Source of the DNA: Dehalococcoidia bacterium
GTDB taxonomy: Bacteria > Chloroflexota > Dehalococcoidia > Lucifugimonadales > UBA3495
Assembly: GCA_965221295.1 (NCBI GenBank)
Contig: OZ244879.1
Span: 1,041,603 to 1,105,602 of the forward strand
Reading direction: 5' to 3'
Length of the DNA: 64,000 bases
Part shown: positions 57,360-64,000 of the stretch, in pieces
Position numbering within the stretch: position 1 is the stretch's first letter
Layout: every line of letters starts with the position of its first letter
Translations under genes and position numbers: made by a program
The notes under the pieces: model-generated
What the model was told of the DNA's origin: nothing
The model's database searches: none
Seen by the model: only the letters and a program-made list of their open reading frames with translations

Positions 57360-58215
57360 AGGGTCGTTAGTTGTGGTCAACGAGATTGCCGCGCTACGCT
57401 CGCAATGACAGGAAGAGGGGGCTCGCAATGGCAGTGAGGGGGCGCAGCGATGGCTGGGTGAGGGCAAATGGTCGTTAGTTGCGGTCAACGGGATTGCCGC
57501 GCTGCGCTCGCAATGACAGGAAGAGGGCCAGGAGAGAGGAAGGGCCTACGCAGCGCCTCCCTCGACTGTCATTGCGAGGCCGGAGGCCGTGGCAATCTCG
57601 ACGCCTGGGCGAACGGCCGCTGGGCGGCGATGCCGAACGGCAGTCCGCTGCGAACAACGGGATTGCCGCGCTACGCTCGCAATGACAGGAAGAGGGCCAG
57701 GACACAGGCAGGGCCTACGCAGCGCCTCCCTCGACTGTCATTGCGAGGCCGGAGGCCGTGGCAATCTCGACGCTTGGGCGAACGGCCGCTGGGCGGCGAT
57801 GCCGAACGGCCGTCCGCTGCGAACAACGGGATTGCCGCGCTACGCTCGCAATGACAGGGAGAGGGCCAGGACACAGGAAGGGCCTACGCAGCGCCTCCCT
57901 CGACTGTCATTGCGAGGCCGGAGGCCGTGGCAATCTCGACGCCTGGGCGAACGGCCGCTGGGCGGCGATGCCGAACGGCAGTCCGCTGTGATCAACGAGA
58001 TTGCCGCGCTTCGCTCGCAATGACAGTAGAGAGGAGCTCGCAATGGTAGTAAGAGGGCGGTCGCAATGACAGTAGAGAGGGGCTCGCAATGGTAGTAAGA
58101 GGGCGGTCGCAATGACAGTAGAGAGGGGCTCGCAATGGTAGTAAGCGGGCGCTGGGGATGGCAGGGTGGGGACGGTCGCAATGACTGGAATGAGCGCCGG
58201 CGATGGTAGGGTGAA
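57360..58215. repeat. intergenic hairpin-repeat array 8 (169-bp composite unit: forward type B plus inverted type A; 52-nt tail units)
   Basis: Type B at 57382, 57490, 57659, 57828 and 57997. Inverted type A (CTGTCATTGCGAGGCCGGAGGCCGTGGCAATCTCGAC) at 57566, 57735 and 57904 (169-bp period). 58020-58160 holds about 2.7 copies of a 52-nt double submodule. Confidence 0.95.
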
Positions 58216-58278
58216 GGCGCGCGTGGCGACCACTTGCGCCGGCGCGGTTATTTTTGTAGCGTAACGGCGACTTAGCTC

Positions 58279-60501
58279 ATGAACCGGCAAAATTACGCAC
58301 CCGACGCGCATCGGCTGGTGGCATCGCTGCCGGCAATTTACGCCGGGCGCCCCGACGCCCAGGGGTTGCCGGTGGCTCGCCGCGTGGCGAGGATCGCCGC
58401 GGATTTGCTGTTGACCGAACCAGAAGCGGAGCCGGCCGTGGTGAACGTGGCCGCATTGTTCCATCTGGCTGGTGGCGGCGACCACTCTGATCAGGCCGAG
58501 ACGTCCGCCGCCATTGCCGCCGCCTGGTTGAGGGGAGCTGGCGCCCCGGAATCCTTTGTGGCGGCGACGCGTTGCGCCATATTGGGCGCTTGGGGTTACG
58601 GCGAAACCGACGCAAACGGCAAACTGGTGTGGCACGCGGTCCAACTGGATCTCACCAGCGTGGAGAGGCACTCCGATTACCATAGGGACACTCCGGCGGA
58701 GCCCAGAGCCAGGGGCAGCTACCTGTTCGCCTACCGGGAGGAATGCCTGACGCCGTGCCTTGGATTGCGCGACCTGCTGACGATGCCGGCGGCGAGAACG
58801 ATGTATGAAGAGCGGATGCCGCGACTGGCGGCGTGGTTGGACGAACAGGATCCGGCTTTGGTTCCCGCCGATTGGCGCCGCCTGTCGCAAGTGGCGGATG
58901 TATCCCGCGGCGTGACGCGCTTGCTGGACGGTGAAGACCCGGAGCAGGTGCGCTCCGAGATGCCGCTGGGCGGGTTGCCATACGTCGAGTATCGAGGCAA
59001 GCAGCGCGCCATCATCGCCCGAAGCCACGAGCGGATTTTGGAGTTGACGCACGAACGTATCGAAGCGTCGCGCAACGTGGCGGCGGAAAAATACCTGGAG
59101 AGCGACACCATCCACAAGCCGGCGGTGGAGGAGAACCTGTTCGTGCAGGCGCGCCGCCAGGCCCGGCGGTTGGGCTTGGCGGCGTCCACGGCGGAGGACA
59201 TCGCCCGGCTGCTGTTGTCCAACGCCAGGGAGGTTCAGGAACGCACGCTCAACGACATCGCGCAGCGCTTGAGCCGTTTGCACGGTCGGATCCTGGACGC
59301 CGACTCTCCGGAGACGCGCACCGAAGAAGCGGACATCGCCATCCCATCGCTGGTGGTGCGAACCGGCGACCAGCCGCTGGCCCGCGAGAATGAATTGATC
59401 AAGGAGTTGCGTGTAACGGGGCTCAATGAAGCCTACCCGGAACAGCGTGAGCGGTTCGCCCAATGGTTCCAGGAACCGCATCCCTACATCTTGACCGGCC
59501 AGATCGTGGGCAGTCGAGACGCGGATCTGTTCATGCAGGCCCTGACGGATGGCCAGCGGTGTCGAGTGGTTGTCACCATGTTGGCGGACGGGCCGACCCA
59601 TCTGGGGCACGGCGCGGTCGGCAAGTTACTGGCGTTCTTCCAATCGCGGGGAGCGGAAGTGTCGCTGGGGTTCCGGGAGGTTGGGGTTCCCCGAACGGAG
59701 GCAAGGCGCAACGTCGCGGAGCGGTTGCTGAGCCTGGCGGCCGACGGTCTCGACCTGGCGCGGGTGGACGCGTACCTGCAGCCGGACCGGCGCGACGTGG
59801 TGGAAACCGCTTTTCAGCTGGGCGAAGCGACGCCGCTCAGCGTCCTCAACTCCGCGTTGGGACTGCGATTGAACAGCAGCGCCACCGAGACGTTTTTGCC
59901 GCTGCTTCGGCTGGCCGACATGCTGAACGTTCAGCAGCCGGAGATGGGAGGGCCGTGTCGCACACTGGTAATCGACAGCATCGGGGGCGACGTGTACGTG
60001 CGCATGGCGCGCAACATCGCCGAACGGTTTGGGTTCTTCAAGCCCTCGGCGTTGTACCTGCGGATGATGCGGAGCTTGACTACCTACGACGATCCGTCCA
60101 CGGGCAGCGCCGTGGAAGTGATGACCAATGAGGTGCCGCAAGGCCGCGTCGCCTATGGGGACGCCACCGAGGACATCCGGCGGCGCATTGCGCGGGCGTA
60201 CACCGGAGGTCGGAAGACGCTTGAAGAGCAGCGCAACTTGGGCGGCAACCCCGACCCTCGGGTTTGCAGCGTGTCCAGCCTCCATGCCTTCCACTGCGCG
60301 CCGGATGCCGAAACGTATGCCGAGTTGCAGCGGCGATGCCGGGCTGGGCAGCTACTGTGCGGCGAGTGCAAGTCCGACGCCGCGGACAAACTGCTAGAAT
60401 ACCTCCGCCAGCATCGAGAGTTGCGAGAACGGCTACCGGCGACCGTGGTGGAACGCGCCGGGGCATTGGCGGGAATTTCCAAAGGCGAAGAACCGGAATG
60501 A
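58279..60501 (+). CDS. tryptophanyl-tRNA-synthetase-like paralog with ~400-aa N-terminal extension (function unknown)
   Basis: 740 aa. Residues ~403-720 align by eye with the trpS product next door: ILTG, THLGH (HIGH), LLRLADML vs ISQAADIL, IGGDV vs VGEDQ, ARNIAERFG vs TRNVARRFN. The KMSKS position reads VMTNE. Cys cluster C663-x9-C673-x13-C687-x6-C694-x2-C697. Confidence 0.8.
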   Translation: MNRQNYAPDAHRLVASLPAIYAGRPDAQGLPVARRVARIAADLLLTEPEAEPAVVNVAALFHLAGGGDHSDQAETSAAIAAAWLRGAGAPESFVAATRCAILGAWGYGETDANGKLVWHAVQLDLTSVERHSDYHRDTPAEPRARGSYLFAYREECLTPCLGLRDLLTMPAARTMYEERMPRLAAWLDEQDPALVPADWRRLSQVADVSRGVTRLLDGEDPEQVRSEMPLGGLPYVEYRGKQRAIIARSHERILELTHERIEASRNVAAEKYLESDTIHKPAVEENLFVQARRQARRLGLAASTAEDIARLLLSNAREVQERTLNDIAQRLSRLHGRILDADSPETRTEEADIAIPSLVVRTGDQPLARENELIKELRVTGLNEAYPEQRERFAQWFQEPHPYILTGQIVGSRDADLFMQALTDGQRCRVVVTMLADGPTHLGHGAVGKLLAFFQSRGAEVSLGFREVGVPRTEARRNVAERLLSLAADGLDLARVDAYLQPDRRDVVETAFQLGEATPLSVLNSALGLRLNSSATETFLPLLRLADMLNVQQPEMGGPCRTLVIDSIGGDVYVRMARNIAERFGFFKPSALYLRMMRSLTTYDDPSTGSAVEVMTNEVPQGRVAYGDATEDIRRRIARAYTGGRKTLEEQRNLGGNPDPRVCSVSSLHAFHCAPDAETYAELQRRCRAGQLLCGECKSDAADKLLEYLRQHRELRERLPATVVERAGALAGISKGEEPE

Positions 60502-60612
60502 AGGAGCAGTTCCTGAATCGGAGCGGAACGCCAATGTGGACACGCCGGGTTGCGTAGCCGAGCTCGGGCCCGCCGGCGGGCGTCCCAACCAAGACCAGGA
60601 GACCGAAAGGCA

Positions 60613-61629
60613 ATGGCTGATCAGCAAAGAATTCTCACGGGTATGCGCCCCACCGGGCAACTGCACCTGGGCCACTATCTGGGGGCGTTGGAGAACTGGA
60701 TCCAGATGGAGCACGAATACGAGTGCTTTTTCCTGATCGCGGATTACCAGGCGATGGGAGACCACCTGGACGACATTGGCCTGATCCGTCGTTCGGTGAT
60801 TGAAGTGGCCAGCGACTGGCTGGCGGTTGGGTTGGATCCAGAAAAGTCGTCCTTTGTGATTCAAAGTTACGTGCCGGAACACGCCGAATTGGCAATGTAC
60901 TTTTCGATGCTGATGCCACTGAATCAGCACCAGAAGAATCCCACGTTGCGGGCGGAAACCGCGCAACTGGAAGCGGAGCGGCAGTCCATTTCGTTGGGTT
61001 TCTTCAACTATCCAATCAGCCAGGCCGCCGACATCCTGCTGCCCAAGGCGCACCTGGTTCCGGTGGGCGAGGACCAGGTGCCGCACATCGAGTACACGCG
61101 AAACGTGGCGAGGCGATTCAACCGTCTGTACGGCGAGGTATTTCCGATTCCCCGGGCGCGGGTGGGCCGAGTGCCCAGGCTGGTGGGAACCGACGGTCAG
61201 GCCAAGATGAGCAAGAGCCTCAACAACACCATATACTTAGCCGACGACCCGCAAACCGTGGCCAGCCGGGTGCAGCGCATGGTAACCGACATTACGGGCG
61301 AGAACCCGCGCCTACGCGCCACTGATCCCGGCGTGGTGGAATACAACCCAGCGTTCTTGTACCACGATGCCTTCAACGACAACCAAGATGAGGTGGCGGA
61401 GCTCAAAGAACGCTACACCGCTGGCGCGGTCAGCGACCGAGAGGTAAAAGAACGGTTGACCGAAGCGATCAACCGCTTCTTGGAACCCATTCGGGAGCGG
61501 CGGGCATGGTACGAAAAGCGTCCTGACTACGTGCGGGACGTACTGCTGTCCGGCACGAAACGGGAACGCGCCATCGCCCAACAGACAATGTCGGACGTTA
61601 GGGAAGCCATGCAGGTGGTGTACACCTGA
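60613..61629 (+). CDS. trpS: tryptophan--tRNA ligase
   Basis: ATG 60613 (MADQQRILTGMRPTGQLHLGHYLG; track start 60550). HIGH motif HLGH, KMSKS present (GQAKMSKSLNN). Confidence 0.9.
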   Translation: MADQQRILTGMRPTGQLHLGHYLGALENWIQMEHEYECFFLIADYQAMGDHLDDIGLIRRSVIEVASDWLAVGLDPEKSSFVIQSYVPEHAELAMYFSMLMPLNQHQKNPTLRAETAQLEAERQSISLGFFNYPISQAADILLPKAHLVPVGEDQVPHIEYTRNVARRFNRLYGEVFPIPRARVGRVPRLVGTDGQAKMSKSLNNTIYLADDPQTVASRVQRMVTDITGENPRLRATDPGVVEYNPAFLYHDAFNDNQDEVAELKERYTAGAVSDREVKERLTEAINRFLEPIRERRAWYEKRPDYVRDVLLSGTKRERAIAQQTMSDVREAMQVVYT

Positions 61630-62098
61630 GCCGAAGATGGACATGACCTGCCCTCGATAAAACGCCAATGGACCCCAACGCTGGAACTTTGCCCACGACA
61701 TCGCTGGCGCTCGAGATGTTCTAGGCAGGTGGTCATGCGGGAGCTTTCCGGGTCGGACGGCGCCCAAGATCGGGAACCTGCAAGGCCAGACCAGCGCCTG
61801 GCCATTCCCGCTTGAAAACCCGGTTATGGGCGTAGCTGCGACCTGGCGACCACATGGCAGTTGGGTAATGAACGCATCACATTTGGATCATGACCGCCTC
61901 GGTGTGATGGTGGACGAGGCCCAGGAATGGGCCTGGACGCCAACCCCGCGAGCGCGCTGAGGATCGCGGCGTTGGGGCGGATTCTGGGCAGCATTGGCGA
62001 ATCGGGCAGGCGATACTGCCCAGCTTCTGCTCCAGACGTTTTGCGGGCGGGCCGGTCGCTGATGGTGTACACTTGAATCGGCAGTTTGGAAATTTGGA

Positions 62099-63187
62099 TT
62101 GAGCGACGCGATGGCGACCGAGGAAATCACCACCTTCGAGGATCTGGTTGGTCTGCTGGAACGCAACCCTGAGTATCGGGAGAGATTGCACCGGATCATG
62201 TTGGACGATGAATTCCTGCAGCTGCCAACGCAGGTCCGCATGTTGCTGGAGACGGCGCAGTCGCAAACCGTCCTCCTGCAGACCGTAGCGCGTACTCAAG
62301 AAGAGCACGGCCGGACGTTGGCGCAGCATTCGCGCACGTTGGAAGAGCATACGGTTACACTGGCGCAACATTCGCGCACGTTGGAAGAGCATACGGTTAC
62401 ACTGGCGCAACATTCGCGCACGTTGGAAGAGCATACGGTTACGCTGGCGCAGCATTCGCTCACGCTGCAGGATCTCACGTTGACGTTGGCGCAGCATTCG
62501 CGCACGTTGGAAGAGCATACGGTCATATTGGCGCAGCATTCGCGGACCCTGGAGCAGCACACGCTGACACTGGCGCAACATACGGGTACTTTAGACGAGC
62601 ACACGCTGACGCTGGCGGAACACTCGCGCATTTTGGCGGAGCATACCGTCAAGCTGGATGACCACGGCCGCAAGTTGGACCGACACGAGAACCAGTTGTC
62701 GCGGCTGTTGGGCGATGAAGCGGAGCGGAGGTTCCGTCGGAACGCTCCGGCATGTTTCAGCCGACTGCTGCGGCGGATCCGCGTTACAGACCGGTTCGCG
62801 CTGGCGGACCTGGCCGACGATGCGGTGGACGCAGGGGTACTTACCGAAGGAGAACAATGTTCGCTGTTGGCGCTGGACCTGGCTATTCACGGTTTGGACC
62901 GCGAAAACCGGCGTCCCAAGCGCCTGGCGATCGAAGTGTCGTCGGGTATCGGAGAGAGCGACATCATGCGGGCATCTGATCGGTCTCGGCTGTTGGAGAA
63001 GCTGACCGGGGATCCGGTGGTACCCGTGGTGGCGGGATACTCCATAGCGTCGGCGTATCGCCAGTTGGCCGAGGACAAAGGCGTTGAGGTGACCGTGGTA
63101 GCGCCGCCGGACGCCGGGGAACCCGAGGAGGAGAATGACCAATCGGCCGCCGAAGTAGTTGCCGAGGGTCAAGTCACGGGCTTCTGA
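62099..63187 (+). CDS. His-rich heptad-repeat coiled-coil protein with C-terminal PD-(D/E)XK-like domain (DUF3782/DUF1626-like, hypothetical)
   Basis: 362 aa (start TTG 62099 or ATG 62111). 19 consecutive LxxHxxT heptads. C-terminal LALDLAIHGLD...RLAIEVSSGIGESDIMRA...VVPVVAGYSI...KGVEV resembles the D...E-x-K/S nuclease core of archaeal/thermophile PD-(D/E)XK proteins fused to coiled coils. Confidence 0.7.
   Translation: MSDAMATEEITTFEDLVGLLERNPEYRERLHRIMLDDEFLQLPTQVRMLLETAQSQTVLLQTVARTQEEHGRTLAQHSRTLEEHTVTLAQHSRTLEEHTVTLAQHSRTLEEHTVTLAQHSLTLQDLTLTLAQHSRTLEEHTVILAQHSRTLEQHTLTLAQHTGTLDEHTLTLAEHSRILAEHTVKLDDHGRKLDRHENQLSRLLGDEAERRFRRNAPACFSRLLRRIRVTDRFALADLADDAVDAGVLTEGEQCSLLALDLAIHGLDRENRRPKRLAIEVSSGIGESDIMRASDRSRLLEKLTGDPVVPVVAGYSIASAYRQLAEDKGVEVTVVAPPDAGEPEEENDQSAAEVVAEGQVTGF
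62318..62654 (+). repeat. in-frame 42-bp (two-heptad) tandem repeat, about 8 copies, inside the coiled-coil gene
   Basis: (C/T)TGGCGCA(G/A)CATTCGCGCACGTTGGAAGAGCATACGGTTACA units start at 62318, 62360, 62402, 62444, 62486, 62528, 62570 and 62612. The first three are almost identical at the DNA level. Confidence 0.9.
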
Positions 63188-63232
63188 TGCAGACGTTAGA
63201 ATTCTGAGCCGTTACCAACCGGAGGGAACATC

Positions 63233-64000
63233 ATGGCAGGCAACCCGCGGGACAAGTATTGCATCGTCGGTGTCGGGGAGACGGAATACAGCCGAGCCTC
63301 GGGCCGCACCACCCGGGCCCTGGGCGCCGAGGCCATCCGCAACGCGATGAACGACGCGGGGTTGACTCCCGACCAGGTGGACGGGATGCTGAGCTACCAC
63401 GGCGGCGACTCCACGCCGTCCACGTCGATCCAATACGACCTGGGAATCCGCCCGAACTTCTACATGGACTGTTCCGGTGGCGGTTCTTCGACCGAGGCGC
63501 TGGTGGGCCTGGCGATTGGGGCGATAGAAGCGGGAATGTGCGACGTGGTGGCGATATACCGTTCAATGAACGGCTATTCCAACGTCCGCATTGGCGGGAC
63601 GGGCGCCCGGGCGTCGGCCCCCATCAGCGGGTTGGACTTGATGAAGCGGCCCTACGGTCTGATCAGCGCCGTCCAGCAATTCGCCTACACCTTCACCAGG
63701 CACATGGCAGAGTATGGCGTGAAAAGCGAGGATTTGGCAGCGATCAAGGCGGCCCATTCTAACCACGCCTCCAACAACCCCAAGGCATTGATGAAGCACC
63801 GCGTGACCGTGGACGACGTGATGAACTCACGCTGGATCATACGTCCGGTGGCGCACCTGCTGGATTGCTGCCTGGAAACCGACAACGCCACGTGCGTCAT
63901 CGTAACGTCAGCCGAGCGCGCCAGGGATCTCAAGCACAAACCCATCTACATCAAGGCGGTGCAGGGTCGTGGCACCAAGCCCGGGGGCGATTTCCACTAC
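63233..64000 (+). CDS. thiolase-like protein (SCP-x / lipid-transfer-type acetyl-CoA acetyltransferase family), C-terminus outside window
   Basis: Not in the ORF track (no stop in window). GGAGGG at 63221 then ATG 63233: MAGNPRDKYCIVGVGETEYSRASGRTTRALGAEAIRNAMNDAGLTPDQVDGML...LLDCCLETDNATCVIVTSAERARDL... Frame open to 64000. Confidence 0.8.
   Translation, partial: MAGNPRDKYCIVGVGETEYSRASGRTTRALGAEAIRNAMNDAGLTPDQVDGMLSYHGGDSTPSTSIQYDLGIRPNFYMDCSGGGSSTEALVGLAIGAIEAGMCDVVAIYRSMNGYSNVRIGGTGARASAPISGLDLMKRPYGLISAVQQFAYTFTRHMAEYGVKSEDLAAIKAAHSNHASNNPKALMKHRVTVDDVMNSRWIIRPVAHLLDCCLETDNATCVIVTSAERARDLKHKPIYIKAVQGRGTKPGGDFHY

Noticed and set aside
57907-59610. 567-aa minus-strand ORF overlapping array 8 and the TrpRS-like gene
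   Set aside because: It is antisense to a product with clear class-I aaRS motifs and begins inside the repeat array. Arg/Gln/His-rich composition.
61630-62098. Gene or RNA in the 470-bp gap after trpS (for example the 82-aa minus ORF 61824..62072)
   Set aside because: Only short or compositionally odd ORFs without an RBS. I could fold no tRNA-like cloverleaf or recognisable RNA motif by eye. Left unannotated; it may be a decayed gene remnant.
1-64000. rRNA, tRNA, tmRNA, riboswitch, transposase, integrase, phage or defense-system genes
   Set aside because: I recognised none on either strand. All sizeable intergenic regions are accounted for by the repeat arrays or by short promoter/terminator-like sequence. 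A covariance-model scan would be needed to exclude small RNAs.

Overview
High-GC bacterial chromosomal segment (roughly 60-65% GC by eye, not computed). The gene content suggests a Chloroflexota-like, possibly SAR202-type, heterotroph; this is inference only. I call about 54 protein genes. They include 4 luciferase-like (LLM) oxidoreductases, two adjacent acyl-CoA dehydrogenases, an AtzE/AtzG-like amidase pair, tldD/pmbA and 2 carboxymuconolactone-decarboxylase-family paralogs. Also present are a TlpA-like redoxin, an AI-2E transporter, a glycine-betaine ABC system (proVWX), an amidohydrolase, an SDR, an MsbA-like exporter, ilvD, an enoyl-CoA hydratase, Rieske dioxygenase alpha/beta and MscS. 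The rest include dnaN, AlaX, a TIGR03663-like GT-C membrane protein with flippase-like and FAD partners, gyrA, trpS and a thiolase. I recognised no rRNA, tRNA, CRISPR-cas, transposase or integrase. The most striking structure is non-genic. One modular hairpin-repeat family (ATTGC...GCAATGACAG cores plus 24-26 nt G-rich submodules) fills eight intergenic regions, about 5 kb or 8% of the window. Its arrays have different unit lengths (24, ~98, 135, 169 bp), and variation within the hairpins is confined to the apical loop. These arrays mimic CRISPRs and create many long spurious ORFs. Four genes are unusual: (1) a 740-aa TrpRS paralog with a ~400-aa N-terminal extension, an intact HIGH motif, a degenerate KMSKS motif and a Cys cluster, sitting directly upstream of canonical trpS; (2) a protein with 19 heptads carrying His at the core position, fused to a PD-(D/E)XK-like domain; (3) a B12-binding/radical-SAM-like protein with no CxxxCxxC motif; (4) a glutamine-amidotransferase-like protein lacking its Cys and His, just upstream of gyrA. 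All function calls rest on by-eye motif recognition; no database search was possible.
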